From the NCBI GenBank assembly GCA_964270895.1, contig OZ185435.1: 64,000 bases of DNA. One strand, 5' to 3'. The position numbers and the translations under genes are program-made. The DNA is from Podarcis filfolensis. Lineage: Eukaryota. Position 1 is the stretch's first letter; each line of letters opens with the position of its first letter. The notes beneath the pieces are model-generated. The model was given only the letters and a program-made list of their open reading frames with translations, was not told the DNA's origin and did not search any database. Shown here in pieces: positions 1-14,396 of the stretch.

Positions 1-113
1 AAATCAGCTGTGGTCAATTTATGCCTGGGGAGGAATCAGATAGTTGCAGTCCTCCTGCATATGTGATCTGGTAGTGATAACTTATAAGATGTACTTTATA
101 CACTCATGTCTAA

Positions 114-290
<177 letters not shown>

Positions 291-1248
291 TAAAACTTGT
301 TTTTCTCTTATGAGTATTTACACAAACCACTAGTAGAAGTGAGAAGTAATCTATATGTACATTTTATGTATTCTACTTGGGGGTAGATATTTACCACCCC
401 AAGCAAAAACTTTTAACCAAGCATAAAAAATGTGGCAGCTGACACATGAAGTCACTTCAGATCCATGTAACTTGTCCTCCTTTCTTACTTTACATATTTC
501 ATGCTTTATCCAGCTTAATGATTCATCTCTGTGTTGGGGGTAGGGGGTGAAATATGAAGGAATCTATGTTATCATGTAATATGGAGTCCAGAACAGAGCT
601 CCTTGAGAACCTCTGCATCTGTTTCTTCTTTTGTAACCACCCCCCCCCCCCGGAAGTATTTTCATGTTGTTCTTGCTGAGCAATAACCAGAAGATGGGAT
701 AATTCACCTTGCTCTGATCCAGAGATACATACCTATGTGATACTGTGCTCTGAACACTTAGCCACCTAGTACGTTGTTCACGCAGTTATAGTCCACACTG
801 TTTATTATCTCTTTGAGAGAGATGGCCCAATTTCAAGCTAACATGGATCATTCTTACAGGGTGGGAAGAGAATGAGAAACTTGATCCAGTCTCTTGTCCT
901 CTACAACAGGTGATTGGCATTGTCAAAGCTGAAAAACAAAATACTGAGAGAAACCAAAATTGATAGATTCACCTATTCCTTCTCCTTACTCACATGTCTC
1001 TGACTTGCCATTGTCCTTTTAGGAGCCCAAGGGGACGTGTGAACACGATGAGTCTTTCTCTGAAATGATCTGAAATTCACTTTTAATGTCATCAGCCCTT
1101 TTTCTTATGGGTGCAATCATAGTAATTTTTAGTGAAATGACAGTGCTTCTTCCATCAGCGCTGCTTGAGAATACCAGACTTGTGTTGAATTGTGTCAATT
1201 GCAATTTCTTCAACTCTTTTCTGATCCATTCTTTTTAAAACTCCACAG

Positions 1249-1380
1249 GTGACCACAGACATGTACCAAGTTTTAACAGTCAACAACTATCAACTAGAAT
1301 GCCGAGGGGTTGTTAAGGTCAAAGGTAAAGGAGAAATGACCACCTACTTCCTAAACGAAGGCCCCCCACTGGCAAGTTAA
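1249..1380 (+). CDS. ADCY5: Adenylate cyclase 5, last coding exon
   Basis: Acceptor ctccacag|GTG. Translates [43 protein letters not shown], stop TAA 1378-1380. Closely matches the ADCY5 C-terminus as I recall it, and tail-to-tail SEC22A supports ADCY5 over ADCY6. Confidence 0.95.
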   Translation: MTTDMYQVLTVNNYQLECRGVVKVKGKGEMTTYFLNEGPPLAS

Positions 1381-2820
1381 CAGCAGTGGGCAAGAATGAC
1401 TCAAGAATGGCTCAGTTTGATTTAAATACAACGAGTTGGCAAAAAAAATCTGCTGCTGCTTAGCAGCGAATCTAATACCAAGGCACAGTTGAGTATTTCA
1501 TATGATGCCTTCCTAGCAGAAGTGTGTGCAAGAAGTGGGGGAGGGGGGGACACAGTTTGGGCTATGTGGCACACCATTCGGAAGTTACCTAGCACTGCTG
1601 TGGATTTTTTCTAGGTTGAGTGTAAATGAATTGACCAAAGATTTTTTGCTGAATGGAATTCGAAATGAAGACGTGGATTTGAGATCTTCAGTGAGGCTGC
1701 TACACAGGACTTAAGATATTTAAGTATTTATTTGAAGCAACACAATGTTTTTTACTTGGTTGAAGGAAAGTTTGATTCATTGCAACAAAAGGACAAAAAG
1801 GAACAGCATTACTCTGGAAAGGCTGTGCTGTCCCATAGTATTTCTGGTCTATGCTGTTAACTCCTTGAAGTGTGCCACTGTTCTCTTATTAGCTGTTTGA
1901 GTGGACTTTTGAAATTAAAAACACCACCCATGATTGCTCTACAAAAAGGGCCTTTTTTAATGACATCACCAGTAATGTTTTTTTAATGGAAAAGAGGCCT
2001 TGTTATGTACTCTTGCCATCCCTACCCTTACACAGATAGGAGGTTCCTTCTTTTTACCAGAACTGATATACTGAAAGTGAAAGGAGAGAAATAGTTTTTA
2101 AGGTGAGGGGGAAATGATGCTTCAAGCATATTTATTAAATGAGGAGGCCTTCTCACTTCTGTTCAGCATATTTTGGTTTACACATGAAAGACTAGCTGCC
2201 AACGTGAAACACATGGAGAAACACAGGGAGATTTCTCTGAAATGTGTAGGGTTGTTGGTTTTGAGGTGCAGTTTTTTGTATTTTTTAATATGGAAGATTA
2301 TGAGATCTAAGAAATACACCAAAATTCTATATTTTGAACGTTCTGTGTATTAAACAGTTGCCCCAATGGAGCAACAGCGATCTATGTGTAGCTCTGTTGT
2401 AGTGAAGTTCACAGAACAGCTGTTTGAAGGAGACTCATATCCAGAACTGAGCACCCAGCAAAGCATCTGTCAACTGTTAGGCAGGACAAGAGCAGGGGCA
2501 CCTTGACACAATCCTGAATCCCTTATCAGGCAGTCAACCCTTGACAAAGAAGCTGATAGTCACTGTTAGGAAGAAGGGAACGGGCACCCAGGCTGAGTTC
2601 AAGCACTTCTGTTTCCCTGTCGGAAGGTTGATCGGGGCTATGGGATGTTTCTGCCCTGCAGCTATGTTTGTCTCCATGAGTCCAGCAATGGGTGTGAAGT
2701 CTTCTGCTGAGCTCACAGTTCTTTGGATCGGATGCCAGGTACATTGGGAGGTGTACATAAGCTATAGAATTGTGTGATATTCTTTTCATTATCTCTGAGT
2801 TGCAGACTTGGCAGTTTTCA

Positions 2821-2826
2821 AATAAA
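2821..2826 (+). terminator. ADCY5: Candidate ADCY5 polyadenylation signal (AATAAA)
   Basis: First AATAAA I noticed downstream of the stop (~1.44 kb 3'UTR), preceded by TGTACATA at 2752-2759. Further AATAAA at 2899, 3280 and 3373, so the site actually used is uncertain. Confidence 0.45.
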
Positions 2827-5800
2827 TATTGTACAGTGCAGCAAACAAGCTGAAGTAATAATAATGCAGGGGCTCAAGTTTGATTTTTTTAAAGAGGAAA
2901 TAAAGTGAGGAAAACCTACAGTTAGACAGAGATGAAATAGGAAGAATGAGAACAGCTGTGCTCATTCCTAACGTCAGAGGGAGCTGAATGCAATAGGTAA
3001 ATTGTGTATTCAAAATTCTGAAAGTTATTTGACCAAGGGTATTATGCCTGAAGCCACTTCAAGTGTGCCTCTGGACAGTAGCATAAGAGGAACAACAATC
3101 AAATCAAGAATTTCTTTTTGAAAGAATGTTTACAGTTTATGTAACAACTGTCTGTACAAGTAAGTGCCGCTGAATATTACCTAGAAATTTTACTCTTCTG
3201 GATTGATATTGTGGGAGCTGAATTCCATTTCATATATTATGAATTTCAGTTTGAAGACTTTGGCAAGTTTTTTCCCCATAATAAAACATATGTATTGATT
3301 GATTCTCTAAAGATATTGATGTGGCCTATCCTGCTGAACAATACTTATTTTTTAAAAAAGAGGGGGACTGTTAATAAATGTATAAGTGAGTTAAATACAT
3401 TTTCAACTTTTAAAATCAAGGTCCCCTTCATATTTTATTAAAAAGTATAAAAGCATAAAAACCTATATTTTTATATTTCAGTAGGGGAAAACTTTTGATA
3501 TTGAATTTGGCAATTTCAAAAATGACTCAAACATTTTGACACATACTTTTTCCACTCTTCTCAGGGAAGAATTTCCATTACCTAATGATTACCCAGCACT
3601 GGCAATTATGACGAGGGGGCGGGGGTTAGTGTCACCTTTGACCAAAAAATAAGGTAAAATCCATGGTCTCAGTGATATGTGTAATATTGCTATTAAACTG
3701 TTTCAGACTAGAGTGTCAGTAGCATCCCACTTTCCTTTCATCCCCTCCCTTTCTACTAGGGCACACCCTTGGATAGTATAGTTGCCGGATTCCTAGAAAA
3801 CTGCCAAGTCTGTCCTTGTACTATATTTTTGAACCTTTTCAAGAAATGCCATTTGATTTGCAAAGGTCTTTATTTACACAGTACTGCAGCTTGTTCTTCA
3901 TCACCTTCCACCCTTCATTCTTACCGTCATTTACCACTTCCAAATTTTAATTAATAGCACAATATAGGATCATTTTGTTTTAGGTTTGCCTCCTGCTTTG
4001 AAATGTGCATTCTTAACATTTGAGCAGACCACCTTGCGCAATTGTGTTGTCAATTCAGTTTTCAGTTACCTGTATCTCTGACTGTGATTGATGACTGTGT
4101 CAGGATCATTTCAAGGGGTATGCAGTCTTTTTTCTGGCTCTTGCAAAAGGTGATACAGTTATGATTTCCCATGGAAATTGCAATCTGTTTAAGTAATTTA
4201 ACAATTATATTAAAACACTGTTTCACTTGTGAATGTTTCTATTTATTCATTAGAGTCTGGTTTGTTTTTTAAAAGCTACAAAAGTAGGAATGTAATTTAA
4301 TGTTTTGTGGCGGGAGTGACAATAGAATTTTGTGCATCACAATGGTATGATTCATCAGTTCAGTAAGGGCAGCTCCAGACTTGTGTAACTTGTCCCAACA
4401 AATAGTCCTGCTCATGTATGAATTTTTGGATGATATTTTGTTCCTGCTGCATCACAGAAAGAAGAGAATGGACTTTGTACAATGGTTTCTCTTCACTTCT
4501 CTGCGACTGGATGAAAAATGGTAAAATATTCAGATGAATACAGCGAAGGTGGTTATTAATCTCAGCCCCTTGGTTCTAAATGAAGGAGCTGATTCGGATA
4601 TTTCATTTGTATGTCAGATTCAAGAAAACTGTATTTTAGGGAGAACTTTGGCAGCTGGAAGCAGTAGGCTGTGGTCTAGTCCTACTCAACTAATTGAGCT
4701 AGTAGTTTTGTGTGTGTGTGCACAAGAGCATAGCCATCTGCATTTAAATACAGGTCTGGGTAATTCAGTACAGATGAGCAACGTGGTGCAGAATTGGATT
4801 TACGTAGAAGTGCCCGATTCAATCTATGTTACCTGTGCATGTAAAGGAGCCTTCACCCACATATGGATCTGCTTCACTGGAATGGTAAGTCTCTGTTTGA
4901 AATTATGGTGCTTGGCTGTATATTGTTAGGATAAAATATTCTGAAATCAACTGGTTATATTTTCCGATCACTGTAACATGTTTTCTTATGTTTTAAGATA
5001 ATAACACAGGTGCCCAATATCTCTGAAGGTAGTCTCTAGATATTGGGTGGGAAGGTTGCTGGCTCAACAATAAGGGAGAAACTCATCCTGAACTCATATT
5101 TAAGTCATCAGTGGGGTCCCTGCATGCTGCTTTTCCTTGTGCTAGTCCCTGTTAAGGTGAGTGGGGAAAGCAGACAGGCAAATTGCCCTTAGTTGTTAAT
5201 TTTGCAAGCACAGTGGTGGTCTCCAGCACAGATGAGGAACATTTTAGATGTTCCATGCTAGCTAAGAGTATGGTCATGAGCGCGATTTGCACTTAGAAAG
5301 CATGGGAGCCATTACATAACACAACATTAGGGGGATTGCTAGATATAGGTCTTTTCAGTTAGGATAATTAAATCATTTGGTATTGCATAACTCTCAGCAT
5401 CTTTCCTAGTTCCACCCCCCCCCCCAAAAATGGGCCACAATCCAGCACAGTCACATAATGGGACTTATGATAGATAACACTGTGTTCTGTGATGGGATTT
5501 TTTTTAATCCTTAAACAAATTCTGCTAGCTTTTCACCCTTGGATTGTGTGCCTGCAATATGCATCTGTAAGCATACTTTATGTCAGTGCTTCTAGTCACA
5601 TGTATGAAATCCAAGATGAAGGCTTACTACTTTTTGGAGAAGTCAGAGCCTCAGCAGAGTTGCATGCCCTGAACATCTTCATGCTCAGCCCTTGGCTATG
5701 ACTCTTTACAGACATGAAAGTATTTAGGGCAGGCTCCAGTTGCCTATAGTGCTAGCTGTATCCACCACCCCACAGTATATATCATTAATGTCCCAATCTT

Positions 5801-5894
5801 GAAGTGTTGGCTGTGATAAACACTTTCATTAAAAAAAAAATCCACAAAGACCCCCATGTAAGTTGCAGTGACCTCACTTCAGAAGTCTTGACCA

Positions 5895-6012
5895 TCTTAT
5901 AGCTGCTTCTGCATTTATTTATACAGCACTTTTATTCTACAAAGCACTTTACATTTTCATTGAAATGATCAGTATTCCCATTTTGCAGCTAGGAAACTGA
6001 TGCCTAAAGTCA
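5895..6012 (-). mobile_element. Degraded MIR/CORE-SINE-like fragment
   Basis: cccattttgcagctaggaaactgatgc resembles the reverse-strand MIR core (cccattttacagatgaggaaactgaggc). Confidence 0.4.
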
Positions 6013-7958
6013 TCAAAAGCAGCATCCCATGGCAACCAGAGTGAGTCTTTCCCTCATTTGGCAGGAGTTCCTTTACTTATATTTTAAATTATCATGAAGG
6101 TAAAGAAAACATAACATACAAGAACAGCAACTAGACTAGGGCAACTGGAAGACCCAGTTTAGGACTCTTTGTATGCCTATCATGATAAATGAAGAATTTG
6201 TGTGTATCGTTATTAACATTTGGGTCTACAACAAATATACTTGGGCTATTTCACACATTACTTGCATGTGGTTTCAAAATAATGCCTGACCTCCAGATCT
6301 AGGGCCTGATCTGCCTCTACCCTTCCCCCCAATAAGCTTCATCCATTTTGGCAGCAGTGGCAGAAAGAAAAAAATAGACCTAGCACTACAGTGGGTAGAG
6401 CTCACCACTCTGATGTGGGTGCAAATCTCCCTAGCAATCATTTGATGAGCAGGGAGAGGGTGATTAACCCTTCCTCTGCTGATCTATGTAGATGAGGGAG
6501 CTCCTATGTGTGCATGCAATGGTTTTGGGTGGCCACTGTCCAGAGGTTAGTCAAGGGTAAAAATTGATGCTGGGACAAAAACAGTCAGCCACTTCTGCGG
6601 TACAGCATCTAATTCAAGGGCAGGGGTGTTCCAAGTAGTGCGGGAGTATACTGATTGGGTAGTCTCTGCCCACTCACTATTGTCCTATAAAATAATGCTT
6701 TAGAAGTTATTGTAGTGCGTAAAGCAGCTTAGGATTCATAGTAAAACTAAGACTAGACAATCTTATTGTCTACTGAAAAAAACTACCACTTTTGTGTAGG
6801 TGACATCTTACAATTAAAGACTAGGAGGATCATAAAACATTAGAGATGTGGTAGGTAGGACAATATAACTTCAGTCTGGCATCATCGCTTTCTTGCTAGA
6901 ATCTCTACAGAAAGTTTTCACACTGAAAGCTTGTGCCTAGATCAGTGGGAGTAGATTGTTGAGTTTATTAAATGTAAGCATAAACATAGAACAGGCTTCT
7001 CTTGAATCTTAAGTTTGTCTCTGGGAGAAAAGCTTCCTCATCTCATGACTGACGTGCATTTAGAATGGCAGTGGATGCTAACAGTACAGATGTCTTGAAC
7101 CCCCAGCTGCTAAAATCCTCACAAACCCTCAACAACTTTTATCTGGACATGAGGAAACTTCTGCAACTACCTTCATTGTGAAGGCATTTTGTTCTCATGG
7201 CTGCTACTTAACATACAGGATGCAATGCAATCCAGCAGGTTTACTTTTCTCATTAATGTGAGATTAGTAGGGTCGTATCCAGTGATAATCCTCAAAATGA
7301 GGGAGGCTCATTGAGTCAGCAAAGGTGGCCACCAATGAAATAGGGAAGGAAACATGGGTCCCCCCCCAATCTCCCTCCCTGCAGCTAACCCAAAATCTGC
7401 TCCAGAGGGTTAGAGGAGGGTGGAAATGAATAACCATCACCCTCCCTCATTGGTCTGCTGATGGCAGGCTATTTTGGTCCACTGTAGGATTCTGTCAGGT
7501 TGCTCACCTCTTCTACAATAGATCTGTTGTTCACAACCAGTACTTTTAATTTCCTTTGTTCCCAGAAGTTTTTCTTAGACAATTAAATTGAAATTAGTAG
7601 AAGTTAGGCTCTTTCCTAGATGAGGCTAGTCAATTTCTTTTCATCCTTCAAGCGTTAGAGAAAAGCATTAGAGATTGCTACTGGGGCTGCAGAAGAGAGG
7701 TCACTTTCCAAATTTCTTTCAAAGCAAATTACACAGAAAAAGTTGGGGAGGGGTAGAAACAAAGCAATTCAGAATGAGCACTGCACTAGATGGTAGGCCT
7801 TTGGGGCCCAGGAACTAATCCCCATGAACAGATGGTTCTGGGTTAGATTTTAATTAAGGAAAATGCAGACACACACCATTAAACTTATGTGCATCCAATA
7901 ATCTCACATTTAGAAATTCATTCATATTGAACAGTTTGTTAATATGCAACACCATCCT

Positions 7959-7964
7959 TTTATT
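7959..7964 (-). terminator. SEC22A: Candidate SEC22A polyadenylation signal
   Basis: tttatt on + = AATAAA on -, ~345 nt after the SEC22A stop. Another at 6964-6969. Confidence 0.45.
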
Positions 7965-8308
7965 TCAGCCTTTTCTACTATCTCACAAAGGCAAACCTGG
8001 TATGGGACTGAAGGAATCACTTGATATGCAGAACAAGCTCCTTGCCATTTTCATACTTCTGGATGTGGAATTTTCATGCTGCCCCTCCAAACTTCTCACG
8101 TTGCCCTTGAGGTACATTCTCCTGCACAGGGTTTTCATTTGTCCCGCAACAGGGTCCCGAACCATTTCCAGCTCTTCTTTGAAGAAGAATTTCTCTGTCA
8201 TTAATGCCCTAGACTATGGGAAGCGTCTGTCTTGCAGAAAAGTGTTTCATTCCTGAGAGGAATACTGCTTGGATCAAGTTTGCCTTGAGACTTGCTGGAG
8301 GACAACCA

Positions 8309-8509
8309 TCACACATTGTAATCAGGGGCCTTCCCTTGTGGCTGCCTCAATCGGATCTGTAACGTTGAAAAAGCGCTCACAGTCACATGAAAAAAGATCT
8401 GCCAGAGGTTGCGTAGTTCATAGAGATACATGTTGCATAGGCAGATTAAGCCAAAACTTAGGAAGGATTTGATGTTCCGCCAGCCTGTGCAATACACAAA
8501 CAGATAGCA
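8309..8509 (-). CDS. SEC22A: SEC22 homolog A, last coding exon
   Basis: Acceptor tgcag|TGC. Translates [66 protein letters not shown], stop TGA 8309-8311; 201 nt. Confidence 0.96.
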   Translation of the reverse strand, partial: CYLFVYCTGWRNIKSFLSFGLICLCNMYLYELRNLWQIFFHVTVSAFSTLQIRLRQPQGKAPDYNV

Positions 8510-9829
8510 CTGCAAAGGGAAAAAAAGTCACAAGCATGTAAGTAACCTGTTGAATTGTCTCATATTTCTATAGCAAGCGGCATCCAGCTAATGTGCCAAG
8601 AGACTCCTTTCATACCTTTCCACTCAACAAAGGTAAGAAGGGGAGTGCAAATGTTACCTCCAAAGTGTGAGCTCCCTTGACAAAAGCTATGGCTTTCAAT
8701 TTAAATCTACCATTTGCTGTGGCATTTTAATATCTTATCAAATTACCGTTGCCCAAAATTTGTGCACTCTAGTAACACCCTACCATAGGTGGAGGTACGA
8801 TCCAATTTCTGAACATCTGTCCTGGCCAGTTGAAGTCTACACAAGAGTCTTCTATGAGCCATATGAATCTTATATAACCCTTTAAAAATAATAATAAATA
8901 TTTAAAATAAACAAAATACCACAGCAGCTGAAAGTAAGCTGTCTGTTACCAGCTATTTTGATTAAATATTACCTGAAGCAACAAATATCTCCACTAAGAA
9001 GATACAATATGCTCTCTCAGGAAAGTTAGCATAATAAGCTTACCTGTTTACTGCATGGCCATAAAATCATTAATGAAAATACAGAAATTTTCAGCAAGCC
9101 TGTGGGTGGCCAGGTACACTGAGCCTCAGGGTCTTAGCCAGGGGCCTCCACCTGGGACCAGGTGCTTTTTTGTTTCAGTTTATAACTTGATTCTAACAAT
9201 ATTCTCACCCTGGGCCTCAGACAAGCTCTGCAAGCTAAGAAATCTTAACCAAAAAATGCAGGCAAAAATCTGTCATTCTGTCCGATAAATTCCAGAATAA
9301 AAGCCCAGTTTGATTTAAGTTATGCCTCATCATGGACTAGTTTGTGTGATATTATGAGATAACATCTGTGGGGAGGGGCAGAACACGTTTCACATGCAGG
9401 AATTGCCAGATAGGGCTCAGAAAGACTCTGGAAAATCAGGGCCAATCTGTGGATACATTGACTAATAGTCTGATTTGTTATAAGGCAGCTCTATATTTTC
9501 AAACAGCTCCACATTAGGCCCAACCACCTTCAGTTTTCCCTGCCCAAAATTCAGATACTTATCTACTGTGACAATGTGGGGGAGTCAAGCCTCTGTTGCA
9601 ATCCACCAGCTACGTACTTTGTATACTTCAATGCAAATGTCCAGAAAGGCTAAACTAGAGTTGCAGTACAGTTCACTCACTACCAACCGAACTCAGAAGG
9701 AAACTTTGAAATAAATCTATTTACACTCATTTAATTTTGGACTCACAAGGTATGATACAACATACCCTAAGTCAGAAAGGGATTACAACTTTTAAAAAAT
9801 CCTTCAGACTTGTAAGAGGAAGATCCTAC

Positions 9830-9895
9830 CTGATATAAACAAGCTGCCGTGCCGAGGAAAAAGGCAATAACATAGCTGAGGTCCTCTCTGTCGTT
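9830..9895 (-). CDS. SEC22A: SEC22A coding exon 5 of 6
   Basis: ttccccag|AAC ... CAG|gtagga; 66 nt, NDREDLSYVIAFFLGTAACLYQ. Too short for the ORF track. Confidence 0.95.
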
Positions 9896-11258
9896 CTGGG
9901 GAAACAATTGGTGTCCTTATTTAGTAACGGAAGTTGCACAACTGGTCCCAGTGTCAGCCAAGCAGCCAGCACTTGGGTCATGATAAATGCAAGGCAGTAA
10001 AACACATTTAACTGAATTGCTTAAGTAGTAATAGCTAAATAGGTATGTCTACATTCATTTAGCAAAAATCAAGTGAGTATTGCCATCTGTTCACCATCAA
10101 ATTAATGTTATTCTGCATTTACTGAAATTGGTATCTGAAATATTCCCACTGGACCACTTTTTTTCCAATGTACAACAGCTATCATTGGGGGAAAACTCTT
10201 CCTCTCTTTAAATGCAGATCAGCAGAGATCTCATTTTAAGAGCAAATGGGGTACATGGGTGACAAGTGCTAAACTCCTCCCCCCCATCCATTTTTTTATC
10301 TCCCTGCAGCCTGTCCCCACCAATCGCCAGACTAAGTAGAAACACTTGGAAATAAAAATTCAGGAGACAGACTATGAAGAGGTAAGCTGGTGTAGGGCCT
10401 TAGCGTCTTTCACAAATGTGCCCCCTTTTCTCTTAAAACAAGCAAAATGTCCAGCCCATTTTCAGCAATTGCCACAGATCAACATTTAAAGAGACTGATC
10501 TGCTGCCATCACATGCATCCACTAGGTGGTGCTCAGCTCCTGCAAAGTAAAAAGTAAACGGGTAATGAAGAAAACCCACAAAGCAGTATTTACACAGATG
10601 GCTGCTAAATATTACACGATATACTTTCCTTAAGTTGTAATATCTAACAGTTGTATGAGCAGGAGCTTTGGATCTGGGAGATATGGGTTCCAATGGATTT
10701 TGGTTTGTTTCTCACATTACAGAAAACCTGACGTACCAGAACATGTGTGCACATAACAAAAGCAATTGTTACACACAAGCAGCACACTATTTCTTAACTG
10801 AAATATGAGTTCCTTATGAGAAAGTGAAAAGACAACAATGGCTGTTGAAGACCGCTTTCAAAAGGAAGAGCAATAAAGACTAGAATTGCATGCAAATCAG
10901 AAGGTTCTTCAATGATAATGGGGAAGGTGTAATTTCTAACTGTAATCTGTGGGCAATTATAGAGTACAAGTCAATATAACTTTATGTTACATGCTTAGTG
11001 GAATATTGAAAAATGAAACAAGACCTCAAGGACATCTCATTTGTTATAACCGTTGCATGGGTAGTAATAACATTCATTTATTACTTTCGTATTATATTAT
11101 AATTTAGTATCCTGAGCCAGAAGAGAAATCCAGAATAGTGTGTGCAGTTCAAAATGACTTTTCAAAAGTGTATTTTAAATTTCACTGAAAACATTTACAT
11201 TTGAACTGAAAAGAAAAGGTGATGCAATTCATCTGAAATGGGACTAGAACTCACACCT

Positions 11259-11379
11259 GCCAGTTAGCTCAGCTGGTTAGAACATGGAGCTGATAACTCC
11301 ATAAGGCCCAGCTGCAAATTCCTGCATTGCAGGGGGTTGGCCTAGAATCCTCTGAGTCCCTTCCAACTCTATGATTCTA
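11259..11379 (+). mobile_element. tRNA-derived SINE with CR1-type 3' tail (Squam2-like), internally deleted
   Basis: A-box head gccagttagctcagctggttagaac, then ttcctgcattgcagggggttgg...cccttccaactctatgattcta, the same 3' end as the CR1 fragment at 25741-25928. No B box visible. Confidence 0.7.
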
Positions 11380-12230
11380 GGCGCTCCCAATGTGTAGTGC
11401 AGTCCTCCAAAACATTTTCCCAGAGTGGAGAACATAGGAAAGAACAGTTTTAACTAGTGCATCCAGAGCTTTAGCTTGGATTGCTGTAAGTGAACAGTAG
11501 AACTTCCCAGATCCTTCTCACATCATCTTTGTATGATCCTCTCAATACAGAGAGTATTTGCAGCAATCCTGTGTTCTAAAGGGATTCACTGAGAGAAGGT
11601 ACTCCATCATGGATTTCCCTGATGCAAGAGAACAGTTCCCTGGCCATGTGGATCAACATCCCCACAGAAAGCTGCTTGTCCCCAAACAACCTGTCACATG
11701 ATTCAGTGCTATCACACTGAGAGCTTCCTCCACCACCAGCAATGAATGTCATTGACATCCACGGCAGGCAGGCAAACTCACCATGTAAACGGCCCAGAAA
11801 TGGTGGGGTGGTCAGAAAACACACCAGGGAAAACCTACTTCTGTTGTAAAGTTTAATAGCTAGACCAACTCAAAGAATCTTATTAAAGTCTACATGTGAA
11901 ACATTCTGGACTTCTCTACTGGCTCAGCTTCCCTACAAAAAAAAGCTAGCGACACAGGTCTGAAACATGTCAGTAACAGAAAGATATATTGCTCCACCAG
12001 CTGAGATGTCAAACAGCTTAGCTCAGAAGGACAAACCTAGCTTGCAGGCCATAGTTGCCAGCCCTCTGTGGGAAAAGAGAGGTTTCTCCTTATCCAAACA
12101 ATATTCAGAGAGTGATTTAACTCTACCACTTATTGCAAGAGCATTTTAAAAAAAGAAATTGATAGGTAGGTCTTCCAAGACTGGGCTTTTGTTTTTCCGT
12201 GCTACAAAGTCATAAACATTGCTACAGTAC

Positions 12231-12349
12231 CTGCAGAAGACTCTCTATGGCATGAAAACCACGAATTAAATTCAAAGCCCCACATAAAAGGCTGAGTAGA
12301 AAGGAAACAATCCCTGACAAAGTCACAGGTTCCAGTCGCTGGTGAGGGG
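12231..12349 (-). CDS. SEC22A: SEC22A coding exon 4 of 6
   Basis: ctgccttccag|CC ... CAG|gtactg; 119 nt, (A)[39 protein letters not shown]. Confidence 0.95.
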
Positions 12350-14396
12350 CTGGAAGGCAGAGGGGAAAAAACACTTATCAATATTTAAAGATGTGTTCCT
12401 TAATGTTTGAGCCAAAAATGTTAATGCTATTTTTCAGTGTCTTCCTGCTCAAGATTTTGTAACTTAAATGAGAAAATACTCATAAGCTTAAGAGACTCCC
12501 TTTCAATTTATTTTAAACTGAGTACTTGCTTAGAGAATATATAACAGCAAGCTGAAGAAGCATAACTCTCAGAGCACATTGGAAAAAATATATTTTGCAT
12601 GAGCAAAAACTGAAACTCTCCAAGGCCTGGTTAAAAATAAGTTTTGAACTAATGCACCCAAGTTCTTCAGTATTAGGCTTGGATTGTGGGAGCACAGCTG
12701 TAAATCTCCAAAATGCAGAACTAGCTGGTGAAATTAGTCTGCAATTAGCCACTGAGTAGTTAAGCCTCACCCTTGAAATAGGGCTCTCATAGTTTGCTTT
12801 TCTGCCCTAAACATGCTTACTCAGAAGTAGGGCTCAATGGTACTTACTTGCAAGTAAGTGCACAGAAGTTGACAGCCTGATCCTTTTCCATATTTTTAAT
12901 TGACAGCAATGTGGAATATTACAAAAAAATGAAAAGTAATATACCCATAATTGGTATTCTAGGAGGCAATGAATGGGGGTCCTTTCATCTCCTAAAAGTC
13001 TTCCAAAAACTATTGTCAGTTTATCCTCCTCCAGCACTTTTAGCCCCTTAATCAGACACTCCTTTGTTTCTCACAAGGAAGTCCAATCAATCCTAATGGA
13101 CTTCCTCCCAAGTAAATGTACATAGGCTTAGTGCCTTAGTGTATTTGCTAAATGGGGCACTGTGAAGCAGAAGGAGAGGTAGGCTAAGTATGAAAGCTTC
13201 TAGCTTCACTGGCAAATCCAGAGAGGGGCCCACTGCACAATTCTCTTACAAACTATACTGACGCTAAAAGATGCGGAGGAGGTGGCCGAAAATAAGCATT
13301 TATGCAGACATTCATCGGTGCTACTGGAGAGCCAACGGTACACACAAATGTCTGCCAATTCATAGTGAATGTGTGTACAAGCAGTTACTGTGCTATTCCG
13401 CAACAAGTGACAGAAAATGAATATGAAAAAACAGGGCAAAATCCACAGTAGTCTAGGCAACACAGAGAGAGTGACAATGAGGTTACTGAACCATATTTAA
13501 ATCATTCTGTTTAAATCAGTGAAGTGTAAAGGTGCCAACAATGAAGTTAATGAGCTGGAACATTAATATTGAGAGGGGTGTCATTCCATGTTGTTTGCAT
13601 TGAACAGCTGCAGCAGAAAAAGGCTCTCCAAAGCAGTTCATAAAGTCAGAGAAAGCACAGCAGCGACAAAGGGAATTTCTCCAGAAGACGAAAACTAGAC
13701 TGTGTGAGCATCACTGTTTCCAAACTCTGGAAGGAACACACTAATCTGTGCACAGCTTAGTTGTTGTTTGGAAGAAACATGTTTTTTTTTAAATACAGAT
13801 TTCTATTCTACATGTATTTTACTCTAAAACAAACATGTCGGAATAAACAGATTATATGAGATAACAATTTCCATCAAACCTCAGTGAGCTTCATAGTTAA
13901 ATAGAGACTGGCTTCCTCCCTACATTCATGTCCATCGTTCTAATCCAGAATCACATATTTTAGAGTCAAGTGAAATTTTGCATTGGCATATTACTTATAT
14001 TCACAAATTCAAGCTTGTTGATTGTTACAAGAGTGGAATAATATGGTGGAGCCATTAGCAAGACCTCAGATTTAGCAAAATTTTAGGATCAAATGTCATT
14101 TGACCTTGAGGGAAACAATGGGACCTTTCCTCCCACTGCAAACTGAAGGTGCTGTGTTGTGGGTGGGAGAGATTCTAATCAGGAAAGCAGCAGGGGCAAA
14201 GGGTTAAAGTAGTCTCTCCATGCCACAGCCCTGATCCGGAATAGGCCCATTGCAATGGCCATTTATTTTACTTTAAGACAGGCTAAACAACAAGAATGAC
14301 ATCTAGTTTGGTCCCAAGCTTTACAAGACTGGTATAAGCAAATTGCTCTAGTTTTGAAGCTTCCAAGCAAAATTATGTTTAAGGAAACAAACTCAC

